From positions 1-51,977 of the forward strand of contig JAKIWH010000002.1 in the NCBI GenBank assembly GCA_022750125.1: DNA of 51,977 nt, in the 5' to 3' direction. This DNA is from Thermoplasmata archaeon (GTDB lineage: Archaea; Thermoplasmatota; Thermoplasmata; Lutacidiplasmatales; UBA184). This document shows positions 9,870 to 19,415 of this stretch, piece by piece. The notes beneath the pieces are model-generated. The model did no database searches. It saw only the letters and a list, made by a program, of their open reading frames with translations, and was not told the DNA's origin. How positions within the stretch are numbered: position 1 is the first letter of the stretch; each line of letters opens with the position of its first letter. The translations under genes were made by a program, and so were the position numbers.

Positions 9870-10793
9870 GTGGGCGCAGCGGGACCCGACGCCGCTGGGA
9901 CGGACCCCCGGCTCCTAAGCCGAACCCGGGTGTTCGTCGTGGGGGCAGGGATCATGGGGAGCGGCATCGCGGCCCAGTGCGCTCTCTCGGGATACGCCGT
10001 TACCCTCGCGGACCTCACCGACGAGCTCGCCGAGCGCGGGGTGGCGGGCGCGAAGCGCGCGCTCGACTCGGCGGTGCGCAAGGGCCGGGTCAAGGAATCG
10101 GAGCGGGAGGAGGCTGTGGCTCGCATCGAACCCGCGATCGGCTACCGCCGGGCGGCGGCGGCGCCGATCCTCATCGAAGCGGTCCCCGAGAAGCTCGAAC
10201 TGAAGCACGAGGTGTTCCGCGAGCTTGACCGGGCCGCGAGCCCGCACGCGCTCCTCGCGTCCAATACCTCCTCTCTCCCGATCACCTCGATCGCCAAGGT
10301 GGTGAAAGACCCGGGGCGGGTCGTCGGGATCCACTTCTTCAATCCGGTCCTTTCGATGGCGCTCGTCGAGGTGATCCCGGGCCATGCGACCCGGCCCGAG
10401 GTGGTCGAGGGCGCGGTCGAGCTCGCGCGCTCGCTGGGGAAGACGGTGGTGAAGAGCCGGGACACGCCGGGGTTCGTCACGAGCCGCGCCGTCGCGGTGG
10501 CGATGAACGAGGCGGTCTGGATGCTCTACGAGGGCGTCGCAACGAAAGAGGATATCGACGCCGGGTACCGGCTCGGGTTCGGCCATCCGATGGGGCCGTT
10601 CGAGCTCCTCGACCTCGTGGGCCTCGACACAGCGCTCTCCATCCTGGACGTGCTCTGGGACGGGTACCGCGACTCGAAGTATCGGGCCTGCCCGCTGCTC
10701 CGAACCTTGGTCGAGGCGGGGAAGCTCGGCCGCAAGACCGGTGAAGGTTTCTACAGCTACCCGCAGCCCCCGGGAGAGACGAGGCCCACGTGA
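9870..10793 (+). CDS. 3-hydroxyacyl-CoA (3-hydroxybutyryl-CoA) dehydrogenase
   Basis: VVGAGIMGSG, EAVPE, SNTSSL, GIHFFNP, HPMGPF, LGRKTGEGFY. Confidence 0.93.
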   Translation: MGAAGPDAAGTDPRLLSRTRVFVVGAGIMGSGIAAQCALSGYAVTLADLTDELAERGVAGAKRALDSAVRKGRVKESEREEAVARIEPAIGYRRAAAAPILIEAVPEKLELKHEVFRELDRAASPHALLASNTSSLPITSIAKVVKDPGRVVGIHFFNPVLSMALVEVIPGHATRPEVVEGAVELARSLGKTVVKSRDTPGFVTSRAVAVAMNEAVWMLYEGVATKEDIDAGYRLGFGHPMGPFELLDLVGLDTALSILDVLWDGYRDSKYRACPLLRTLVEAGKLGRKTGEGFYSYPQPPGETRPT

Positions 10794-11641
10794 CCGACCT
10801 CGGTCCGCTCGACGACATCGTCTTCCTCATCGTGGCGGCGCTCCTCCCGGCGCTCATCTACCTCGCCTGGGTCCGCTCTGGTGAGCGAGGCAACGCAGGG
10901 CCGTGGTCGCCTCTCCTCGGCGCCTTCTTCCTGGGAGCGCTGGGGGCGACGTTCGCCGCGGCGCTCATCGAGGGCGCGCTCCTCGCCGGCGGCACCGCCT
11001 TCTCCCACGCGTACCCCGCCCCCGAGTTCACCTTCCTGAACGGCAGCTCGACGATCGGCGCGCTGTTCCTGGTGCTCGTCCTCGCCCCGGTCGTCGAGGA
11101 GGGGCTCAAGGCGTGGGGCACTACCTCCTACAAGGACCAGTTCCGTACCGTCGCCGACGGACCGGTCTACGGTGCCGGCGTGGGGCTCGGCTTCGGCTTT
11201 TTCGAGACGTTCCTGTACGGATTCGGTGCGTACCTCACGGGTGGGCTCGCCGCCGGGCTCGTCCTCATCTTTGTACGAAGCCTTTCGAGCGTCCTCCTCC
11301 ACGGAAGCTCGACCGCGCTCTTCGGCTTCGGCTACGCGAGGAAGCGTTTCGGTGCCCCGGGCGCCCCCGAAGCGAGCCATTTCGCGGGGGCGGTCGGGCT
11401 CCACGCGAGCTTCAACGCGCTCGCCTCGCTCCCGGTGCTCGTGGTGCTCGCGGGACTTGGCAACGCGTACGCCGGAGCGTTGAGCCTCCTCGGCCTTGGG
11501 CTTGCGATCCTGCTCGCGTTCAGTGCGATCGAGTACGTCCGCTCCCTCGTTCTGCGCGGAAGCTACGCGGGCGCGGGGCCGATGAACGCGCGGTACCGCC
11601 CACCCGGCCCGGTGAGCCGGCCGACGGCCCGGGGTCGCTAG
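10790..11641 (+). CDS. PrsW-family intramembrane metalloprotease
   Basis: Multi-TM protein with EEGLK, GFGFFE, LLH and HASFN motifs. Confidence 0.85.
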   Translation: MTDLGPLDDIVFLIVAALLPALIYLAWVRSGERGNAGPWSPLLGAFFLGALGATFAAALIEGALLAGGTAFSHAYPAPEFTFLNGSSTIGALFLVLVLAPVVEEGLKAWGTTSYKDQFRTVADGPVYGAGVGLGFGFFETFLYGFGAYLTGGLAAGLVLIFVRSLSSVLLHGSSTALFGFGYARKRFGAPGAPEASHFAGAVGLHASFNALASLPVLVVLAGLGNAYAGALSLLGLGLAILLAFSAIEYVRSLVLRGSYAGAGPMNARYRPPGPVSRPTARGR

Positions 11642-12042
11642 CGCGCCGGCGGTCGCGCCCGGGGCGCGCCGCCCGAGCGGTTCCAGGCGTCGTCCGAGAT
11701 CTGCCGGTAGACCGCGTCCGCGCCCTCCGAGGAGGCCGCCTCGCCCCCCTCGCTCGCGGCGCGGATGCGGGATTTCTTGAGGAACCAGTAGTGGATCCGC
11801 CAGGTCTTGCCCCGCGAGACGGTCGCGTCCTCCTCCTCGCTCGAGAGGAGTCCCTCCTCCTCGAGCCGGTAGAAGTGGTCGCGGTCCTCGCTCGCGACCT
11901 TGTTGTCGAGGACGGCGTCCCCGGGACCGAAGTAGTTGAGCACGGTCCGGGCGACGACCACCGCCTGCTCGGGTGGGATCTTCCCGTGGGCCACGAGGGT
12001 GCGTTCGATCGCCCGGGTGAGTTCGGCTTCGGTAACCGGCGT
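11638..12042 (-). CDS. Conserved Thermoplasmata small protein (DUF6015-like); probable ACG start at 12042, first canonical start GTG 11994
   Basis: The LNYFG...DN..EDRDHFYRLEEEGLL..E......WRIHYW pattern is recalled from Thermoplasmata proteins. The open frame continues upstream as PVTEAELTRAIERTL. Confidence 0.7.
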   Translation of the reverse strand, partial: TPVTEAELTRAIERTLVAHGKIPPEQAVVVARTVLNYFGPGDAVLDNKVASEDRDHFYRLEEEGLLSSEEEDATVSRGKTWRIHYWFLKKSRIRAASEGGEAASSEGADAVYRQISDDAWNRSGGAPRARPPAR

Positions 12043-12140
12043 ACGGTCCCCCCCGTCGGCGAAAGCGTCGCTCGGTAAGACCTTTCGCAGCCGTCGGCGA
12101 GGCGCATCCTCAAGTCGGCAAGCGGTGTCCCGCTCGCCCC

Positions 12141-13388
12141 ATGCCGGTGGAGGAGGTAGCTGCCCCGAGCTTCGAGCTTGCGCCCGAGCTCCTTGCAGCG
12201 GCGGGCCGGCTCAAGGGGACGCCGCTCTGCGCCGAGTGTCTCGGACGGGTGTTCGGTCGGGCGGGCCACGGCCTCACGAACCCGGAGCGCGCCGCGCGGT
12301 TGATCGGGGCGGTCGAAGGGCTCGCTCCCGTCGCCGGGGCCGATTGCTTCCTCTGCGCGGGCGGCTTCGACCGTTGGCCGACCTGGAGTAGAAGGGCCCG
12401 GGAGGCCGCCTCGCCGTACGAGTGGCACCGTTTCACCTGCGGCTCCCGCTGGGACCCGGAGCTCCTCGCCCGCGAGGAGGCGCTCTGGGGGCTCGCGTCG
12501 AGCGCCTGGGGCGAGAGCGCGCGGGCCGCCTTCAACCGGGAGTGGGGCAAGCGGCTTGCCGAGGAGACCGGGGCCGAGGGGACGACCCAGGGCGGCGAGA
12601 TCCTGTTCGTTGCGGACCTGCTCGTCGGCCGGGTCGAAGTGACGGTGGCCCCGCTGTACGTGGAGGGGCGGTACCGGAAGCTCGACCGCACGCTCCCCCA
12701 GACCCGCTGGCCGTGCCGCAAGTGCCGCGGACGGGGCTGCGACGCCTGCGGCCGCACGGGAAAGACGTACGAATCGAGCGTGGAGGAGCTCGTGGCGGCT
12801 CCGTTCCTCGCCGCCACCGAGGCGGAGGGGACACGATTCCACGGGATGGGACGGGAGGACATCGATGCGCGCATGCTCGGGCACGGGCGACCGTTCGTTC
12901 TCGAGCTCCGGGCGCCCCGGCGCCGCACCCTCGACCTGCCCAAGCTCGCGGAGGAGCTTGCGACGAGCGCGGCAGGACGGGTCGAGGTGGAGGGGCTCGT
13001 CGCCGCGGACGCGGCGAGCGTTCGGCGGGTGAAGGAGGCCTCCCCCTGGAAGAGCTACCGCGTCACGTTCACCGGGGAGGCGGCGGTGGAAAAGGTTAAG
13101 GAAGCGGTGGAACTCGTTCCGCTCCGAGCCATCGCCCAGCGCACGCCGACGAGGGTCGCGCACCGACGCGCCGACCGGGTACGCACCCGGAGGATCGCGG
13201 AGGTGTCGATCGTCGCCGCCGAGCCGGGGCGGTTCACGCTCGAGCTGCGGGCCGAGGCCGGCACGTACATCAAGGAGTGGGTGGAGGGAGATGCAGGGCG
13301 CACGGAGCCGAGCCTCACCGAACTTCTCGGGGTGCCGCTCTCGGTAGAGAGCCTCGATGTGCTAGAGATCCACGACAGAGAGGGATAG
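12141..13388 (+). CDS. pus10: tRNA pseudouridine(54/55) synthase Pus10
   Basis: LCxxCLGR, GRYRK...PQTRW, GREDIDARMLG, GRPFVLE, QRTPTRV, GTYIKE. Conserved linkage to rpl21e. Confidence 0.95.
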   Translation: MPVEEVAAPSFELAPELLAAAGRLKGTPLCAECLGRVFGRAGHGLTNPERAARLIGAVEGLAPVAGADCFLCAGGFDRWPTWSRRAREAASPYEWHRFTCGSRWDPELLAREEALWGLASSAWGESARAAFNREWGKRLAEETGAEGTTQGGEILFVADLLVGRVEVTVAPLYVEGRYRKLDRTLPQTRWPCRKCRGRGCDACGRTGKTYESSVEELVAAPFLAATEAEGTRFHGMGREDIDARMLGHGRPFVLELRAPRRRTLDLPKLAEELATSAAGRVEVEGLVAADAASVRRVKEASPWKSYRVTFTGEAAVEKVKEAVELVPLRAIAQRTPTRVAHRRADRVRTRRIAEVSIVAAEPGRFTLELRAEAGTYIKEWVEGDAGRTEPSLTELLGVPLSVESLDVLEIHDREG

Positions 13389-13703
13389 ATGGTCAAGAGT
13401 TCGAAAGGTTCCCGGTCCCGCACGCGCGGCGTCCTCACGAAGGAGGCGCGCGACCGGGGCATGCCGCCCGTCACCCGCTACCTGCAGGCGTTCGAGGTGG
13501 GCCAGAAGGTGGTCGTCCGGCTCGAAGCCTCGGAACCGAGGGGCCAGCCGCACCCGCGCTACCAGGGGGTGACCGCCACGGTCCTGCGGCGCGTCGGCCG
13601 CGCCTACCAGCTCGAGTTCTACGACGGTGGCAAGCGCAAGGAAGTGGTCGCCCTCCCCGTCCATCTCGCCCCCGCCGGCGGCGGACCGCCCAAGGCGGGG
13701 TGA
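13389..13703 (+). CDS. rpl21e: 50S ribosomal protein L21e
   Basis: SKGSRSRTR, PHPRYQG, GGKRK..PVHL. Confidence 0.96.
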   Translation: MVKSSKGSRSRTRGVLTKEARDRGMPPVTRYLQAFEVGQKVVVRLEASEPRGQPHPRYQGVTATVLRRVGRAYQLEFYDGGKRKEVVALPVHLAPAGGGPPKAG

Positions 13704-13706
13704 TCC

Positions 13707-14021
13707 GTGCCCGACCCCGTTCCGCTCGCGGAAGTGAAGCGCCGTCTGACCGACGAGGCGAGCCGACGCACTCTCCCGCGGGAGGCGATGCTCGCGCAGG
13801 GGCACTCGGAGCTGTTCGCGCGCCTGCCTCCGGAAGAGACGACGAAGCTCCTCGCCTCGCTCCGAGAGCTCTCCTACGTCGATGCGGCGATGGCGGTGAA
13901 GCTCGCGGACCTGATGCCGCAGTACACCGAGGAGCTTCGGCTCCTCTACTCGAAGGAACGACTTCTTCTCGACGAGGCGCAGCTCGCGAAGCTGCTGGAG
14001 ATCCTCGCTCAGTACCGATGA
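13707..14021 (+). CDS. rpoF: RNA polymerase subunit F (Rpo4/Rpb4)
   Basis: HRDC-like AVKLADLMP..EELRLL; conserved rpl21e-rpoF-DUF655-rsmA order. Confidence 0.88.
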   Translation: MPDPVPLAEVKRRLTDEASRRTLPREAMLAQGHSELFARLPPEETTKLLASLRELSYVDAAMAVKLADLMPQYTEELRLLYSKERLLLDEAQLAKLLEILAQYR

Positions 14022-14037
14022 GTCCGGACGAACGGCC

Positions 14038-14583
14038 GTGGAGACGTACGCGCACATCCTCGACTATCTGCCGAACGGCCGGGCGACCGAGCACGGGTTC
14101 CACCGCGAGCCGGTGGCGCTCGCTGTCGGCGAGAGCGAGCTGAAACTCCTCGAGCTCATCCCGCGGCCCGGCGTGGCCCTTGTGCCGGGGTCGCGGATCC
14201 CGCTCGTGCCCCTGAACGGCGTGGCGCCGCCGATCGACCACGTCCGTCGACGGCTCGGCTACCCCGAACTTTCCACGTCGGCCCGGACGCTGCTTCCCGA
14301 GGCGCTCGAACGGATCGTGCGGGCGGACCCGGGGCGTTTCCTCCGCCTGTTCAACGAGGCTCCTGCCGTGTCGCGCCGGTTCAATCTGCTCGAGCTGCTC
14401 CCTGGGATCGGAAAGAAGACGATGCTCGCCATCGTGGACGAACGCCGCAAGGGTCCCTTCGAGAGCTTCGAGGCTCTCGAGGCCCGCATGCATATCACCC
14501 GCCCCGAGCGTCGGGTCGTCGCCCGGATCGAGCAGGAGATGGAAGGTCCTCCCGACAAGTACCGCCTCTTCGTCGCGCCGTGA
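14038..14583 (+). CDS. DUF655 nucleic-acid-binding protein
   Basis: ILDYLPNG, LLEL, LELLPGIGKK helix-hairpin-helix, KYRLFV; gene context. Confidence 0.9.
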   Translation: METYAHILDYLPNGRATEHGFHREPVALAVGESELKLLELIPRPGVALVPGSRIPLVPLNGVAPPIDHVRRRLGYPELSTSARTLLPEALERIVRADPGRFLRLFNEAPAVSRRFNLLELLPGIGKKTMLAIVDERRKGPFESFEALEARMHITRPERRVVARIEQEMEGPPDKYRLFVAP

Positions 14584-15521
14584 CGCCGACCCCGGTCGAT
14601 CCCCCCGCTCCGCCCTATCGCCCGGAGGCGGTCCGGGCCCGCCTCGAGGAGCTCGGTGTACGCCCCTCCAAAGGATCGGGCCAGTCGTTCCTCACCGACC
14701 CGTTCCTCCCGGACATTGAAGTGGCGCTCCTCGAGCTCGCGCCCGGGACCCCGATCGTCGAGGTGGGCGGGGGACTCGGGGCGCTCACCGCAGCCCTCCT
14801 CCGACGGGGTCTCCGTCCGCTTCGGGTTATCGAGCGGGATCCGCGGCTCGCCCGGCACCTGCGGGAGTTCGTCGCCGGCCGTGCCGAGGTGGTCGAGGCG
14901 GACGCGCTCACCTTTCTGTTCGTTCCCGAGGAGGCGGTGATAGGTAACCTTCCGTTCGCGACCGCGACACCGCTGCTGATGCGGCTGTTCGCGCTCCGGC
15001 CGCGTCGGGTCGTTGCGCTCGTCCAGCGGGAGGTCGGCGAGAGGCTCGCGGCGGAGCCCGGCGGGACGGCGTTCGGGAGGCCGACGATCCTTGCCGCCCT
15101 CTACGGCACGGTCGAGCTGTTTGCTCGGGTCCCTTCGACCTCCTTCGAGCCGGAGCCGGCGGTGGAAGGGATCGTCCTCCGGTTCACGCCGCGCGAGGGT
15201 CCGCTCCCTGTCGGATCCCCCGCTATTCTCGAGGATCTCACTCGGCGACTTTTCGCGTGGCGGCGAAAACAGCTCGGGAACTCCCTCCCCGCGGTCGTCG
15301 GCGGCGACGCGCAGGCCGAACGCCTCGCTCGGGAGTCGGGGTGGCCCTCGGATTGGAAACGCCTACGTCCGGAAGCGCTTGGCCCGCCCCTCTTCTTCGC
15401 GCTCGCCCACGCCCTGGAAGATCGCGCGGCCGGCGCGACGAGCCCTCGTGCCGGGGCCGCCAAGCGGCTTCGGGACCCGCCCTCGAGTGGGGCGGAGCCT
15501 TCGGCTAGCTACATATCCTAA
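14580..15521 (+). CDS. rsmA: 16S rRNA adenine dimethyltransferase (KsgA/Dim1)
   Basis: GQSFL, EVGGGLGALT, IERD, GNLPF, VQREV, FEPEPAVE, RRKQL. Confidence 0.9.
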   Translation: MTPTPVDPPAPPYRPEAVRARLEELGVRPSKGSGQSFLTDPFLPDIEVALLELAPGTPIVEVGGGLGALTAALLRRGLRPLRVIERDPRLARHLREFVAGRAEVVEADALTFLFVPEEAVIGNLPFATATPLLMRLFALRPRRVVALVQREVGERLAAEPGGTAFGRPTILAALYGTVELFARVPSTSFEPEPAVEGIVLRFTPREGPLPVGSPAILEDLTRRLFAWRRKQLGNSLPAVVGGDAQAERLARESGWPSDWKRLRPEALGPPLFFALAHALEDRAAGATSPRAGAAKRLRDPPSSGAEPSASYIS

Positions 15522-15543
15522 GAGTTCGCTCTTCTACGTAGCC

Positions 15544-16377
15544 ATGCGTACTTCACCGTCGCTCCGCCGGTTCGGTCCCCGACGCCGCCGGGGGGTCTCG
15601 AACATGATCGCCGTGGTGTTCCTCGTCGCGATCACCATCACCGCGGGCACGGTCCTCTGGACCCTGAGCCTCTCCTTTCCCCCCCCGACCACGTATGTCA
15701 CCTACGTGGCCCACGCGGGCCTCAAGGTCCCGGCCTGGGGAGACCCAACGGACTGCATCCCCGTCGGCTGGCCGCCGACCCCCAAGGCGACGTGGAGCGC
15801 CGCCGAACGGTCGGCCGCGACGATCGACTGTAACGGGAGCCCTCCTGTCGGAAACTTCTCCGTCATGAACGCAACCGAGATCACCTTCACTTCGGTCACC
15901 CCCTCGAACCTCCAGCTCGCGAACGTCCAGTTCGAGTTCATCTGCCACAACTCGACGAACACCACGGTGCTCGTGGGCGGATCGCTCGCCGCGATGACCT
16001 GGTTCCCGGGGTCCACGACGAGCCCACCGCCGAACGCCCCGCATCTCGGCTGGTGCGGCAACTTCCACGCGGGCGGTTTCGGCGGCGGCGCCTTCGGGAC
16101 GCTCTACAATCGGCTCGGCCTCTTCGTGCCGATCCAGCACAACGTGAACGTCCTCGCGCCCGGGGACACGTTCATCCTCTACGTGCATACGCCGGGATCG
16201 ATCTACGATCCGGCCTGCGGGCCGCAGGGCGGCCCCGACTGCGACGACTACCACGGCGCACCCCCCTGGTGCTTCAGCATCCCGGGCGCCTGCGAGATCA
16301 AGATCCTCTCGACGACCGGCTCGGGCGGGCTCCTCGCCGACATCCAGATCTACTCCATCTCGGGCGCGAACCAGTAG
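15544..16377 (+). CDS. Archaeal type IV pilin-like protein with class III signal peptide
   Basis: RRRRG|VSNMIAVVFLVAITITAGTVLW leader followed by a Cys-rich extracellular domain. Start is ATG 15544. Confidence 0.8.
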   Translation: MRTSPSLRRFGPRRRRGVSNMIAVVFLVAITITAGTVLWTLSLSFPPPTTYVTYVAHAGLKVPAWGDPTDCIPVGWPPTPKATWSAAERSAATIDCNGSPPVGNFSVMNATEITFTSVTPSNLQLANVQFEFICHNSTNTTVLVGGSLAAMTWFPGSTTSPPPNAPHLGWCGNFHAGGFGGGAFGTLYNRLGLFVPIQHNVNVLAPGDTFILYVHTPGSIYDPACGPQGGPDCDDYHGAPPWCFSIPGACEIKILSTTGSGGLLADIQIYSISGANQ

Positions 16378-16420
16378 CGGCCTCGTTCGGCCGGAAGGGC
16401 CGGTGCGGCCTCGACGCGAT

Positions 16421-17017
16421 TCAGTTTATGGGGGCGTCGACAGAGCCGTCAAACCCTCCCCCCACCGCCATCGCAATCAACTGGTCGCCCTGGTGGGAGT
16501 ACGGAAGCCCTCCGCTCGGAAGCGAGCGGAGGATGAGGGAATCGCCAGTAGCGAAGGGAGTTGCGAGGCAGTCGGTTCCGCCGCACGCCCTCGCGTCGAG
16601 TAGGCTCGTCCAACTTCCGCTCGTGGAGTTCCAAACTGCCATCCAGCCTCCTCCTTCGTTGGCTACGGCGACAACGTAGGTCGAATTCAGCGAGACGCCC
16701 GCCGAGTTCCAAAGTCGGAACGACAGGTCACCGACCCGCGGAATCGTGGTCGGCGGAGCTCCCGAGGGGTAAGCCTTGACCGAGAAGGAGTACGCGCAGT
16801 TTCCCGGCGTCGAGCCGTTTCCTGCGATACAGGCTCCTGTCCCGTTTCCGATCTCGAGGGCCGTACCAACTGGCGTGCTGGCGGACGCGCACCCCGCGCA
16901 GCCGGGGTAGAAAGTGAGTTCGATGGCGAGTAGACCGACGGTGGCAGTGACCAGGCCGAGGACGATACTGACCGTCGCGAACGCCGACAAGCGCCGGGGC
17001 GGGGGTCCTGCCGACAC
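16421..17017 (-). CDS. Secreted or membrane-anchored pilin-like hypothetical protein
   Basis: RRLS plus a hydrophobic helix, then a Cys/Gly/Ser-rich beta domain with N-X-S/T sequons. Start uncertain (GTG 17017 or 17104). Confidence 0.6.
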   Translation of the reverse strand: MSAGPPPRRLSAFATVSIVLGLVTATVGLLAIELTFYPGCAGCASASTPVGTALEIGNGTGACIAGNGSTPGNCAYSFSVKAYPSGAPPTTIPRVGDLSFRLWNSAGVSLNSTYVVAVANEGGGWMAVWNSTSGSWTSLLDARACGGTDCLATPFATGDSLILRSLPSGGLPYSHQGDQLIAMAVGGGFDGSVDAPIN

Positions 17018-17249
17018 GGTGCCGAATCGCCCCGAGGGAGCATTACAACTCGGTTCGATAACTTCTCTCGAGCAATCCGCTCTGGAGCGAGACCCACCCG
17101 GCACCCTGGCCTCGCACGGACGCGGCCGAGCGTCGTGCGGGCCTCGACCTGTCCGGCGAAACCGGGGGCGTTTTTTGGGTCATCTTTCATAGTCCGCCTA
17201 CTAGATACATTCTTATACAAGCGAAAAATCACCTCCATTGGTGAGCCAG

Positions 17250-18875
17250 ATGCTACAAGGAACGCCAATTCTAGTGCTCAAGGAAGGGACCGAGCGGGAC
17301 CGCGGCAAGAGCGCCGCCAACAGCAACATCGCCGCGGCACGCGCCATCGCGGACGCCGTCCGCTCGACGCTCGGCCCGCGCGGCATGGACAAGATGCTCG
17401 TCGATTCGATGGGCGACATCACGATCACGAACGACGGCGTGACCATCCTCAAGGAGGTCGACGTCGAGCACCCCGCGGCGAAGATGATCGTCGAGGTCGC
17501 GAAGACCCAGGACCAGCAGTGCGGCGACGGTACCACCACCGCGGTCGTGCTGGCGGGCGAGCTCCTGAAGCGGGCCGAGGGCCTCCTCGAGCAGAACATC
17601 CACCCGACCGTCATCACCCACGGCTACCAGCTCGCGCTCCAGGAGAGCCGACGGCTCCTGGAGACCGAGATCGGCACCAAGGTGAAGGCGGAGGACGACC
17701 AGATCCTCCTCAACATCGCTGCGACCGCCATGGGCTCGAAGGGCGTCTTCGGCTCCCGGGACAAGCTCGCCCAGATCGCCGTCACCGCCGTCCGGCGCAT
17801 CGCCGAGAAGCGGGGCACCGAGATGGTGGCCGACACCTCCCAGATCAAGCTCGAGAAGCGCCACGGCGGGACGATCGACGATACGAGCCTCATCGAGGGG
17901 ATCATCCTCGACAAGGAACGAGGCCACCCCCGCATGCCCAAAGTGATCAAGGACGCGAAGCTCGCGCTCCTGAACAGCGCCCTCGAGATCAAGAAGACCG
18001 AGGTCGAGAGCAAGATCAACATCAAGTCCCCGACCCAGATCCAGGGGTTCCTCGACGAGGAGGACCGCACCTTCCGCAAGCTCGTCGAGCAGGTGAAGGC
18101 GGCCGGCGCGAACGTCGTCGTCTGCCAGAAGGGGATCGACGACGTCGTCCTCCACTACCTAGCGAAGGAGGGGATCTACGCCGTGAAGCAGGTCAAGGAG
18201 AGCGACCTCCAGAAGCTCGCCCGCGCGACCGGCGCGAAGATCGTGACGGGGATGCGCGAGCTCTCCGCCTCTGACCTAGGCAAGGCCGCACTGGTCGAGG
18301 AGAAGAAGGTCGGCGACGAGCACATGACCTACGTCACGGGCTGTGCGAACCCCCGCTCCGTCTCGATCCTCATCCGCGGCGGCACCGAGCACGTCACCCA
18401 GGAGGTGGAGCGCTCGATCGAGGACGCCCTCAAGGTCGTGGCGAGCGTCATCGAGGACGGGGTCATCTGTCCGGGCGGCGGCGCGACGGAGATCGACCTT
18501 GCCGTGAAGCTCCGGAACTTCGCCCCGAGCGTGGGCGGACGGGAGCAGCTCGCGGTCGAGGCGTTCGCGCAGTCCCTCGAGGTCGTTCCCTGGGCCCTCA
18601 GCGAGAACGGTGGCTACGATTCGATCAACACCTTGCTGGACCTCCGCGGCGCCCACGGTGGGGCGAACGCGAACCGGAACATCGGCGTGAACCTCGCGGA
18701 CGGCAAGGCCACCGACATGTTCGTGCTCAAGGTGGTCGAGCCGCTCCGGGTGAAGCGCCAGGCGCTCACCTCGGCGGTCGAGGTCGCCACGATGGTGCTC
18801 CGTATCGACGACGTGATCGCCTCCAAGAAGGGCTCGCCGGCTCCCCCCGGGGGCGGCGGCGGTCACGGCCACTAG
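17250..18875 (+). CDS. ths: Thermosome (group II chaperonin) subunit
   Basis: [55 protein letters not shown] lies 5 nt before ATG 17250. Confidence 0.97.
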   Translation: MLQGTPILVLKEGTERDRGKSAANSNIAAARAIADAVRSTLGPRGMDKMLVDSMGDITITNDGVTILKEVDVEHPAAKMIVEVAKTQDQQCGDGTTTAVVLAGELLKRAEGLLEQNIHPTVITHGYQLALQESRRLLETEIGTKVKAEDDQILLNIAATAMGSKGVFGSRDKLAQIAVTAVRRIAEKRGTEMVADTSQIKLEKRHGGTIDDTSLIEGIILDKERGHPRMPKVIKDAKLALLNSALEIKKTEVESKINIKSPTQIQGFLDEEDRTFRKLVEQVKAAGANVVVCQKGIDDVVLHYLAKEGIYAVKQVKESDLQKLARATGAKIVTGMRELSASDLGKAALVEEKKVGDEHMTYVTGCANPRSVSILIRGGTEHVTQEVERSIEDALKVVASVIEDGVICPGGGATEIDLAVKLRNFAPSVGGREQLAVEAFAQSLEVVPWALSENGGYDSINTLLDLRGAHGGANANRNIGVNLADGKATDMFVLKVVEPLRVKRQALTSAVEVATMVLRIDDVIASKKGSPAPPGGGGGHGH

Positions 18876-18958
18876 ACTAGACCCGACGGCTTCGGGCCCG
18901 GGAGCCGAGCTCCCGCGGTCCGAAGCGCTCTTATCGGGGCGCGGGTAGCCCGCCCTCC

Positions 18959-19366
18959 ATGCGCACGAAGTCGGTCGACGGCGTTCTCCGCGTCGACGTG
19001 ATGCGGCTCGAGCCCCGACCGGCGCTCTACATGGCCTACGACGGCCTCGGAGGACTCTCCCAGCGACCGCTCCTGCGCGACCTCGTCGAGGAGCTGCAGC
19101 GCCAGGGCCCCGAGGGGTTCGGAAAGCTCCTCGAGTCGCTCCGCCTCCACCACTCGGCGCAGCTCCACGTCTACTTCTCGGACTACGTGAGCTACGGGAT
19201 CGGCGGCGGGGACGCGACCGCTGAATTCTTCTTCGGGACCTTCCTCCTGCTCCACGCCCCGCCCAAGCCCGCCCAGGGCTCTACGCCCGCCACCCAGGAG
19301 GAACTGCTCCTCATCCGGCCGCAGGGGACGACGGAGCGTCTGCTCCTCGACCCGAGCGCGAACTAG
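18959..19366 (+). CDS. Hypothetical protein
   Basis: 135 aa, host-like codon usage, fills the gap between ths and lysS; CTTATC box about 24 nt upstream. Confidence 0.65.
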   Translation: MRTKSVDGVLRVDVMRLEPRPALYMAYDGLGGLSQRPLLRDLVEELQRQGPEGFGKLLESLRLHHSAQLHVYFSDYVSYGIGGGDATAEFFFGTFLLLHAPPKPAQGSTPATQEELLLIRPQGTTERLLLDPSAN

Positions 19367-19415
19367 CGCCCGCAAGAATTATCGTTCCGGGCGCCGCCGC
19401 GCTCCTCGGTACGAC

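Noticed and set aside
18899..18915. CGGGAGC-cga-GCTCCCG hairpin after the thermosome gene as a terminator
   Set aside because: No U-tract and GC stems are common here; support is too weak.
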